IMG/VR virus record: IMGVR_UViG_3300027741_000051
Coordinates: 54,817-74,816 of that record
Length of the DNA stretch: 20,000 nt
From: an uncultured virus (IMG/VR IMGVR_UViG_3300027741_000051)
Lineage: Duplodnaviria > Heunggongvirae > Uroviricota > Caudoviricetes
Strand: one strand, 5' to 3'
How positions within the stretch are numbered: the stretch's first letter is position 1; every line of letters begins with the position of its first letter. The translations under genes and the position numbers were made by a program. Shown in pieces: positions 1 through 7,164 of this stretch. Below the pieces are notes generated by a model that was not told the DNA's origin, made no database searches, and was given only the letters and a program-made list of their open reading frames with translations.

Positions 1-2
1 CA

Positions 3-980
3 AATGGTGCTTTCGTACAAGCTAATGCGGCTTATGGTTCACAGAATGTAACTGGTACCTATGCTAACTCAGCTTATCTAGCAGCTAATGGTGCCAATGC
101 TAATTCTATAACAACTGGTATCTATGCTAATTCAGCTTATCTGGCGGCTAATAATGCAAACGCCAACGCAATAACATCTGGTGTTTATGCTAATGGTGCT
201 TTTGTACAGGCTAACGCAGTATACATATTTGCTAATTCGGTATTCAGCACACATAATACAAGTATTTCATCTGCATTCACTCAAGCGAATTCAGCTTATG
301 GTTCACAGAACACAACTGGTATTTACGCCAACTCTGCATTTGTAGCCGCCAATTCAGCTGGTGTATATGCTAACGGTGCTTTTGTACAAGCGAATGCTGC
401 ATATACATCACAAAATGTGACCGGTACATATGCCAACTCAGCATACTATACTGCAAACTCAGCACAGATATATGCTAACGGTGCTTTTGTACAAGCAAAT
501 GCGGCTTTCAATTCTCAAAATGTAAGCGCAACTTATGCCAACTCAGCATACTATACCGCAAACTCAGCGCAGATATATGCCAATGGTGCTTTCGTACAAG
601 CTAATGCATCATATAGTGGTCAAAATGTAACTGGTACATATGCCAACTCAGCATATTTGGCGGCCAATAATGCAAATGCTAATGCCATAACGTCTGGTTC
701 ATATGCTAACTCCGCATATGCACAAGCTAATGGTGCTTCAATATATGCCAATGGTTCTTTCGTACAAGCCAATGCGGCTTTTACTTCATCAAATGCAATC
801 AATTTAACCCAAAACACCAGCATTACAGCTGCATTCACTCAAGCGAATTCTGCATATGGTAGTCAAAATACAACTGGTACATATGCTAACTCCGCATATG
901 CACAGGCTAATAGTGCCAGCATATATGCTAACGGTGCTTTCACGCAAGCTAATGCAGCTTTCGCTGTGGCAAATACTGGT
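3..980 (+). repeat. Degenerate coding tandem repeat (ANxA[YF] units, about 7-aa period, with higher-order 35-aa and 60-aa duplications)
   Basis: 431-502 closely matches 536-607 (105-nt offset). The 25-mer CATATGCTAACTCCGCATATGCACA is exact at 700-724 and 880-904 (180-nt offset). Confidence 0.9.
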
Positions 981-1130
981 CCTGCTCCATTAATTCTTCT
1001 CAACAGTACATATATAACCAGTAATGCAACGATTGCAGCAAATACAAATGGACTTTCCGTTGGCCCATTAACCATAGCTAGTAGTTACTATGTTAATGTT
1101 GCGAGTGGACAACGATGGATAATTTTATAA
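3..1130 (+). CDS. Fibre-like structural protein, 5'-truncated by the window edge; Ala/Asn/Tyr repeat shaft plus C-terminal 'GPxT...SGQRW' domain
   Basis: The frame is open from nt 3 (AAT GGT GCT TTC GTA CAA = NGAFVQ...) into the listed 417..1130 ORF, so the GTG at 417 is internal. Repeated YANSAY/ANGAFVQANAA units; ends NGLSVGPLTIASSYYVNVASGQRWIIL-TAA. Confidence 0.8.
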   Translation, partial: NGAFVQANAAYGSQNVTGTYANSAYLAANGANANSITTGIYANSAYLAANNANANAITSGVYANGAFVQANAVYIFANSVFSTHNTSISSAFTQANSAYGSQNTTGIYANSAFVAANSAGVYANGAFVQANAAYTSQNVTGTYANSAYYTANSAQIYANGAFVQANAAFNSQNVSATYANSAYYTANSAQIYANGAFVQANASYSGQNVTGTYANSAYLAANNANANAITSGSYANSAYAQANGASIYANGSFVQANAAFTSSNAINLTQNTSITAAFTQANSAYGSQNTTGTYANSAYAQANSASIYANGAFTQANAAFAVANTGPAPLILLNSTYITSNATIAANTNGLSVGPLTIASSYYVNVASGQRWIIL

Positions 1131-1139
1131 AATAAAAAA

Positions 1140-2687
1140 ATGAGCACACTATCAACTGGAACTTTACTCACAACAGCATTTACAGTAAGGTCAGATTTAT
1201 CTGGCAATCTGCAAATACAAACTGGTACAAGTTCAGCTAATGCAGTTCTTATCGATTCTAATCAAAATGTAACATTTAATGGTTCAATTACATCAAACAC
1301 TATCACTTCGGCAGCAGCTACATCACTCACATTAAAAAGTGCAGGAACTACTGCGCTCACACTTAATTCAAGTCAAGCAATAGGTTTAGGTTCTACACCA
1401 TCTTTTGGAACAAACGGACAAGTTCTGACTTCAGCAGGATCGAGTGCATCACCTACTTGGACTACTCTGTCAACAACATCCATTTCTAACGGCACATCTA
1501 ACGTATCTGTGGCCTCGTCTGGTGGTCCAGTTACTATTGCTACTAATGGAAACACAGCGGTCACTATTGACACAAGCCAAAACGCCACGTTCGCGGGCAC
1601 AATTAAATCCACTGGTAAAGGCGTAGTGCAAAACTACGACTACCTAGTCCCGACTACGGGGTTCTCATATACTTTCAGCACCTACAACACGCTGATAATC
1701 AACCCGGCCGGTACATTGCTTACCGGAACCATTACAATGCCTGCTTCACCTAGTGATGGAATGGTGGTTAGCTTCAGTAGCACAAAAGAAATTACTACAC
1801 TTACACTTAATGCTAATACAGGACAGACGCTGAATAACACAATTCCTGGGTTAGTGCCGGGACAATCAATATCTTACATATATCGTTCTGCATCCACTTC
1901 ATGGTTTGTGTTCAGCACGGCTCTTACACCAACATTTCTCACCACATTAGCTAATTTAGGTTTTTACACAGTCAGTTATTTGGTAGTTGCTGGCGGTGGC
2001 GGTGGCAGCGGAGGTTCAGGTGGCGGAGGGGCTGGAGGCCTTTTAACTTCGTCTACCAGTGTTCTTACTGGAACCGCATACACAGTGACTGTTGGTGCAG
2101 GTGGATCCGCTCAACCAGCGGCAACCGGTGTTGGTGATACCGGCGGTAATTCAAGTATTGGTAGTCTTGTAACTGCTCTTGGTGGTGGTGGCGGTAGTTC
2201 CGGTACTGGCGTTTCTGGTGGTTCTGGTGGTGGCGGCCGCGGTGGTAATGGCGGCGGCTCTGGCACTACTGGGCAAGGAAATGCCGGTGGCGGTGGAGGT
2301 GGTGGCAATGCGTGTGGTGGCGGCGGAGGCGCTTCAGCGGCCGGAAATTCTGGTTCTGGTTCTTCTGGTGGAACGGGTGGTGCTGGAACAGCAAGTAGCA
2401 TATCCGGTTCCAGTGTTACTTACGCTGGCGGTGGTGGTGGTGCCGGCGCTGGTGGTAACGGCAGCGGCGGTGCAGGTGGCGGCGGCGCATATCCCAATGC
2501 CGCGACTGTAAATTCTGGTGGTGGTGGGGGCTGTACATGGAACGCCCCAAATACGGGCACTAATGGTGGTTCCGGCATCGTCATCATCAGTTACTCCGGT
2601 TCGCAAAAAGGCACAGGTGGTACAGTAACATCTTCTGGTGGAAACACTATACATACATTTACATCAAGCGGTACATACACAGCATAA
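1140..2687 (+). CDS. Tail fibre/adhesin-like protein with C-terminal Gly-rich domain
   Basis: 515 aa, Ser/Thr/Gly-rich. Fibre motifs GTNGQVLTSAG..PTW, AVTIDTSQNATFAG and TITMPASPSDG. Gly-rich domain from YLVVAGGGGG (about 1965) to GGSGIVIISY...HTFTSSGTYTA. Confidence 0.8.
   Translation: MSTLSTGTLLTTAFTVRSDLSGNLQIQTGTSSANAVLIDSNQNVTFNGSITSNTITSAAATSLTLKSAGTTALTLNSSQAIGLGSTPSFGTNGQVLTSAGSSASPTWTTLSTTSISNGTSNVSVASSGGPVTIATNGNTAVTIDTSQNATFAGTIKSTGKGVVQNYDYLVPTTGFSYTFSTYNTLIINPAGTLLTGTITMPASPSDGMVVSFSSTKEITTLTLNANTGQTLNNTIPGLVPGQSISYIYRSASTSWFVFSTALTPTFLTTLANLGFYTVSYLVVAGGGGGSGGSGGGGAGGLLTSSTSVLTGTAYTVTVGAGGSAQPAATGVGDTGGNSSIGSLVTALGGGGGSSGTGVSGGSGGGGRGGNGGGSGTTGQGNAGGGGGGGNACGGGGGASAAGNSGSGSSGGTGGAGTASSISGSSVTYAGGGGGAGAGGNGSGGAGGGGAYPNAATVNSGGGGGCTWNAPNTGTNGGSGIVIISYSGSQKGTGGTVTSSGGNTIHTFTSSGTYTA
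2562..2687 (+). repeat. Dispersed direct repeat, copy 1 (3' end of a Gly-rich gene); copy 2 at 6095..6220
   Basis: 106/126 nt identical by hand alignment. Includes the exact 29-mer GGTACAGTAACATCTTCTGGTGGAAACAC at 2619-2647 and 6152-6180. Confidence 0.9.
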
Positions 2688-2705
2688 AAAAGTTAAGGAG
2701 TTAAT

Positions 2706-3050
2706 ATGGCACATTTTGCAAAAGTATCAAACGGCGTAGTAGTTCAAGTCATTGTGGCTGAACCTGAGTTTTTTCAAACATTCGTAGACACAAGTCCTGG
2801 TGAATGGATCCAGACTAGTTATAATACCCGAGGCGGTGTTCACGCTAACGGCGGCACTCCATTGCGTAAAAATTACGCTGGTGTTGGTTTTACTTACGAT
2901 AGAACCCGTGACGCTTTTATTCCACCACAACCATTTCCATCTTGGACATTGAATGATGAAACTTGCCTGTGGGATGCACCAACACCAATGCCTACTGACG
3001 GCATATACGAATGGAATGAATCAACTACTTCTTGGGTTGTTCTGGAATAA
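2706..3050 (+). CDS. Small conserved phage protein (MAHFAK... family), probable fibre assembly/partner protein; paralog of 11206..11547
   Basis: AAGGAG RBS upstream. Motifs WIQTSYNT, PLRKNYAGVG.TYD..RDAFIPPQPFPSW.LN..TCLW.AP.P. Follows a Gly-rich fibre gene. The function is inferred from position. Confidence 0.75.
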   Translation: MAHFAKVSNGVVVQVIVAEPEFFQTFVDTSPGEWIQTSYNTRGGVHANGGTPLRKNYAGVGFTYDRTRDAFIPPQPFPSWTLNDETCLWDAPTPMPTDGIYEWNESTTSWVVLE

Positions 3051-3084
3051 ATGAAAACAACCATTCTAAATTGTGGAGTAAACT

Positions 3085-3699
3085 ATGCCATTATTTCTTA
3101 ACGGCACAGACAATAGCGCAACGACACCAGCAATACAAGGTGGTACTGCTGGCACAACTACGGGTGTTTACTATCCAAACACAAATCAATTAGCTATATC
3201 CACTAACGGCACACAAGCCTTTTTGATTGATGCAAACCAAAATGGCACTTTTACATCCACTGGAGCTCTTACATTAAGTAAAGGTACAACAGGACAACAA
3301 CCAGCAAGTCCAGCTACTGGTATGTTGCGTTACAATACAACGACAAGCCAATTTGAGGGATATGGTGGTGCATCTCCTGCATGGACTTCTGTTGGTGGTG
3401 CAACTCTAAGCAACGATACAACGACTGCTAGTTATGAGTATCCATTGTTTGCGGCATCAACAACTGGTTCTGCGACTACAGTTTATACCAGCAATACAAA
3501 TTTGTTATATAAACCATCTACCGGTGAATTACAAGCATCTGTAGTCACGGCAAATAATGGTTTATACCTAAATAGAGCAACGATAAGTTCAAGTTATACA
3601 ATTGCTGCAGGTTATAATGCTATGACAGTTGGTCCTGTGACTGTGGCGAATGGACAATCAGTTACAATTACCAGCGGCCAACGCTGGTTAATTTTTTAA
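3085..3699 (+). CDS. Short fibre/connector-like protein with C-terminal 'GPxT...SGQRW' domain
   Basis: GGAG RBS. Contains GTTGQQPASPATGMLRYNTTTSQFEGY and LLYKPSTGEL fibre motifs. The C-terminus NAMTVGPVTVANGQSVTITSGQRWLIF resembles the end of the first ORF. Confidence 0.75.
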   Translation: MPLFLNGTDNSATTPAIQGGTAGTTTGVYYPNTNQLAISTNGTQAFLIDANQNGTFTSTGALTLSKGTTGQQPASPATGMLRYNTTTSQFEGYGGASPAWTSVGGATLSNDTTTASYEYPLFAASTTGSATTVYTSNTNLLYKPSTGELQASVVTANNGLYLNRATISSSYTIAAGYNAMTVGPVTVANGQSVTITSGQRWLIF

Positions 3700-3708
3700 G
3701 GATAATAA

Positions 3709-4926
3709 ATGGCATCAAGTATTTCTGCAGGAACAACATCCAGTACCGGTTTGGTTGCTACTGCTGATACCACAGGTGCGTTGGTATTGCAGACCAACAA
3801 CGGCACGACTGCGCTCACACTGGATACTTCGCAAAATGCCACCTTTGCTGGCTACGCAAACCTGCCAAACACCTTTGGCTTCAAGAACCGCATCATCAAT
3901 GGTGCGATGGTGATTGACCAGCGTAATGCGGGGGCGGCAACGGCGAATACTATTAGTGGATACACGGTAGATAGATGGCAAGTTGTTCAATACCCGACAA
4001 CTGGTAAAGTTGTTGGGCAACAAAATGCTGGCTCGGTAACTCCTCCAGTTGGATTTAATAACTATTTTGGAATAACATCCCAATCGGCATTTTCAATAGT
4101 TGCTGGAAGCATTTACACATTTATTCAAGCAATTGAAGGGTTTAATTTTGCAGATATGGCTTGGGGTACTGCAAACGCACAGACAGTTACATTATCTTTT
4201 AGAGTTTATTCATCACTTACTGGAACTTTTGGTGGAAGTTTAGGAAATGGGTCAAGTTTTAATAGGTCATATCCTTTTACATACACCATCTCTTCAGCAA
4301 ATACATGGACAACAATCAGCATAACAATTGCTGGTGATACTACTGGAACTTGGGCGGGGGCAACTAATGGGGTTGGGGTTTATGTTAATTTTGGATTGGG
4401 TGTAGGCTCTACTTTTAGCGGAACGGCTGGAGCATGGGCGGCTGGTGATTATCGTTCTGCTACAGGCGCAACCAGCGTAGTCGGCACAAGCGGAGCCACG
4501 TTCTACATCACAGGCGTACAGCTAGAAAAAGGCAGCACAGCTACATCGTTTGATTACCGCCCGTATGGTACTGAGTTGGCTTTATGTCAGAGATATTGTC
4601 CTGCTTGGTCTGTTTCTGGTGCAAGTAGCAATTTCCCGTTTGCGGGACAATGTTATGCATCAACTGCGGCTATTTTTACAGCACCTTATCCTGTTCAGCC
4701 TAGAGTAGCGGCAACAGGAATAACGACTAGTGGAACTTTTGCTGTGATACCAGCTAATTATGGAACTTCTGCCGCAGGAACAGTAGCTATTTATGGAACT
4801 GGAACAAATTTGTCAACTTTTGCCTTAAATGTAACTGGTTCAAGTGGTCTTACTATTGGAAATGCAACTTCTTTACAAAGCAGTAGTGCGACTAGTTTAA
4901 TTATTGCGACAGGATGTGAATTATGA
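3709..4926 (+). CDS. Putative receptor-binding/fibre protein with carbohydrate-binding-like beta-sandwich
   Basis: AAGGA RBS. N-terminal ADTTGALVLQT module; FKNRIINGAMVIDQR...TVDRW and ITGVQLEKGSTATSFDYRPYGTELALCQRY motifs, which I recognise from aquatic phage fibre proteins. Confidence 0.75.
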   Translation: MASSISAGTTSSTGLVATADTTGALVLQTNNGTTALTLDTSQNATFAGYANLPNTFGFKNRIINGAMVIDQRNAGAATANTISGYTVDRWQVVQYPTTGKVVGQQNAGSVTPPVGFNNYFGITSQSAFSIVAGSIYTFIQAIEGFNFADMAWGTANAQTVTLSFRVYSSLTGTFGGSLGNGSSFNRSYPFTYTISSANTWTTISITIAGDTTGTWAGATNGVGVYVNFGLGVGSTFSGTAGAWAAGDYRSATGATSVVGTSGATFYITGVQLEKGSTATSFDYRPYGTELALCQRYCPAWSVSGASSNFPFAGQCYASTAAIFTAPYPVQPRVAATGITTSGTFAVIPANYGTSAAGTVAIYGTGTNLSTFALNVTGSSGLTIGNATSLQSSSATSLIIATGCEL

Positions 4927-5093
4927 CAACACCAATTTGGAAATTAGTTAAAGACCCAACGACTCAACAAGAAAATGTTGTGTGGCGTGAATGGTCTGAT
5001 GGCAAGCAGGAATCTTGTTTAGTTACTGCTGAAGCCTACCTAGAATGGCTTGCTGAAGGTAATACACCTGAACCAGCGGATACACCAGCATGA
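4923..5093 (+). CDS. Small 56-aa protein, probable fibre chaperone/partner (absent from the ORF track)
   Basis: ATG at 4923 and TGA at 5091-5093, each in an ATGA overlap with a neighbour. Translation: MTTPIWKLVKDPTTQQENVVWREWSDGKQESCLVTAEAYLEWLAEGNTPEPADTPA. I recognise YLEWLAEGNTPEPAD from small genes that follow phage fibre genes. Confidence 0.8.
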   Translation: MTTPIWKLVKDPTTQQENVVWREWSDGKQESCLVTAEAYLEWLAEGNTPEPADTPA

Positions 5094-6220
5094 CCACAAC
5101 AATCAACGCCAGCAATACAGGTACAGGTGGTTTAATACAGACCGCAGATGCCTCAGGAGTCCTTGCATTCCAAACGGCAGGAACAACTGCGGTCACCATA
5201 GATGCAAGCCGGAACACTACCTTTGCAGGCACAGCTACGGTAAATACTATTGGTTCAGCAGCAGCTACGGCACTAACAATAAAAAGCGCAGGAACGACTG
5301 CGGTCACCATCGACACGAGCCAGAACGTCACCTTGAATAGCACGGGTGCATTGACATTGCCCATCGGCACTACTGCACAGCAGCCCACAGCAGTGGCTGG
5401 CATGATTCGCTACAACTCCACAACGTCTTCATTTGAACTGTACAACGGCTCCTACTGGGGTTCAATTGTTACTACATACGCAGTTAGCTATTTAGTTGTG
5501 GCTGGCGGCGGGGGCGGTTATGGGCCAGCAGGTGGCGGAGCCGGGGCTGGTGGGTTGTTGTCGGGCAGTTCTTTGAGTCTTGCTTCGGGAACTGCATATG
5601 CCGTCACCATTGGCGCTGGTGGAACAGGAGATGGCACCTACACCGCAACAGCAGGCGGCAATTCAGTTCTTAGTTCTCTTACTGCAATTGGCGGAGGCAC
5701 TGGTAACGGAATTGCTGGCGGTTCTGGAAGCGGCGGTGGCCCCGCTACCAGTGGTTACGCTGGCACAGCAGGGCAAGGTAATGCAGGTGGAACTGCCAGT
5801 GGCGGAAACGGGTGCAGCGGCGGTGGTGGCGCTGGCGCAGTAGGCGGTTCTAGTACCTCTAATTCTGGTGCAGGCGGCGCTGGCCTTGCTTCTTCAATTT
5901 CAGGTACTTCCACATATTACGCTGGTGGTGGTGGAGGTGGTGGTATCAACGGGGGAACCAACGGAGCAGGCGGCGCTGGCGGTGGTGGAGCCGGGGCTGT
6001 TTACAACGGCGCAAATGGAGTTGCTGGCACTACAAATCTTGGCGGTGGCGGCGGCGGCGGTGGTAATGCCGGAAGTAATGGAAGAATTGGTGGCAATGGC
6101 GGCTCCGGTATCGTAATCATCAGTTACTCCGGTTCACAACGCGGTTCTGGCGGTACAGTAACATCTTCTGGTGGAAACACAATCCACACGTTCACCTCCA
6201 GCGGCACATACACAGCATAA
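5090..6220 (+). CDS. Fibre/adhesin-like protein with C-terminal Gly-rich domain
   Basis: 376 aa. N-terminal TADASGVLAFQT module, AVTIDxSxN repeats, GTTAQQP..AGMIRYNST...FE.Y, then YLVVAGGGGG...GGSGIVIISY...HTFTSSGTYTA. Confidence 0.8.
   Translation: MTTTINASNTGTGGLIQTADASGVLAFQTAGTTAVTIDASRNTTFAGTATVNTIGSAAATALTIKSAGTTAVTIDTSQNVTLNSTGALTLPIGTTAQQPTAVAGMIRYNSTTSSFELYNGSYWGSIVTTYAVSYLVVAGGGGGYGPAGGGAGAGGLLSGSSLSLASGTAYAVTIGAGGTGDGTYTATAGGNSVLSSLTAIGGGTGNGIAGGSGSGGGPATSGYAGTAGQGNAGGTASGGNGCSGGGGAGAVGGSSTSNSGAGGAGLASSISGTSTYYAGGGGGGGINGGTNGAGGAGGGGAGAVYNGANGVAGTTNLGGGGGGGGNAGSNGRIGGNGGSGIVIISYSGSQRGSGGTVTSSGGNTIHTFTSSGTYTA
6095..6220 (+). repeat. Dispersed direct repeat, copy 2 of 2562..2687
   Basis: Same alignment. 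Differences are mostly synonymous third positions; 39 of 41 residues are identical. Confidence 0.9.
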
Positions 6221-6228
6221 GGAAAAAA

Positions 6229-6651
6229 ATGTCTAGCATTATATCAGCAGATTCAGGATTAATAACAGGAGTACCAGGACTTAAAACAAGTGCCGATAGT
6301 ACCGGCTCTTTGCAATTTCAAACAGGTAATAATGTAACTGTAGTTACTTTGACTTCCAATGGAGGTATTGCATTTGGTACGAGTAATACTGCATATGGTA
6401 CTTCAGGACAAGTACTAATCAGTGGAGGAGATTCACCTCCAGCATGGACTACTTTTTCTCCATTACCTTCGCAAACAGGTTATGCGAATAATTTCTTAAA
6501 AACAAATGGAACTACTGCTAGCTGGAGCACATTACCTACTACTTTATACGTCCTAAATAGAGCAGGTTCCTCAATTAGTATACCTGTTGGTAACGGTTTA
6601 TTGCCAATTTTGAATCGCTCAGGTTCTACAATTAACGTGCCAGTAAGTTAA
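6229..6651 (+). CDS. Short fibre/connector-like protein
   Basis: AAGGA RBS. N-terminal SADSTGSLQFQT module; GTSGQVLISGG..PAW and LPSQTG....FLKTNGT..SW fibre motifs; C-terminal duplicated LNRxGSxIxxPV. Confidence 0.7.
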   Translation: MSSIISADSGLITGVPGLKTSADSTGSLQFQTGNNVTVVTLTSNGGIAFGTSNTAYGTSGQVLISGGDSPPAWTTFSPLPSQTGYANNFLKTNGTTASWSTLPTTLYVLNRAGSSISIPVGNGLLPILNRSGSTINVPVS

Positions 6652-6659
6652 GGAAAAAT

Positions 6660-7154
6660 ATGACAACTAGATACACATTGGTTCTTAACGGAACATCAAT
6701 ACAAGAACAACAAAATACTGACACCATTATTTTTACTGGTTCGTCAAGTCTGCCTTCTATTAAAACGTCAAGCATTGCTGAAGTTGATACGATTGCTGCG
6801 ACTGCTGCTACAGGTACAGTTAACTATGATTTGGCTACTCAATCTGTAATGTATTATAGCACTAACGCATCCGGAAACTGGACACTTAATTTTCGAGCTT
6901 CAAGTGGTAACAGTTTGGACTCTATGCTTGCAACTGGTGAAGTTGCTTCTGCTACTTTTCTAGTTACTCAAGGTTCTACAGCATATTATAATAGTGCCGT
7001 GACAATTGACGGTAATTCAGTAACACCTAAATGGCAAGGCGGTTCTGCGCCAACAAGTGGTAATGCAAGTTCTATTGACTGTTATACATATGTTATTCAG
7101 AAAACTGGAAGTGCAACTTTTGTTGTGTTGGCTTCGTTGACAAAATTTGCATAA
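6660..7154 (+). CDS. Fibre-tip-like protein
   Basis: AAGGA RBS. C-terminal VTPKWQGGSAPTSGNASSIDCYTY...KTGSATF.VLAS.TKFA motif, which I recognise from phage fibre C-termini. Confidence 0.7.
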   Translation: MTTRYTLVLNGTSIQEQQNTDTIIFTGSSSLPSIKTSSIAEVDTIAATAATGTVNYDLATQSVMYYSTNASGNWTLNFRASSGNSLDSMLATGEVASATFLVTQGSTAYYNSAVTIDGNSVTPKWQGGSAPTSGNASSIDCYTYVIQKTGSATFVVLASLTKFA

Positions 7155-7164
7155 AGGATAATTG

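Noticed and set aside
3..980. Repeats as a CRISPR array
   Set aside because: Degenerate, in-frame coding repeats with no constant repeat/unique spacer structure.
2111..2401. Pro-rich minus-strand ORF and the other short minus-strand or alternate-frame ORFs in the track
   Set aside because: They are shadows of GGN-rich or low-complexity + strand genes and lie within or across better-supported CDSs.
2562..6220. 3'-terminal repeat pair as a DGR template/variable repeat
   Set aside because: Mismatches are mostly synonymous C/T and other third-position changes, not adenine-specific. Both copies are coding gene ends, and no reverse transcriptase is in the window.
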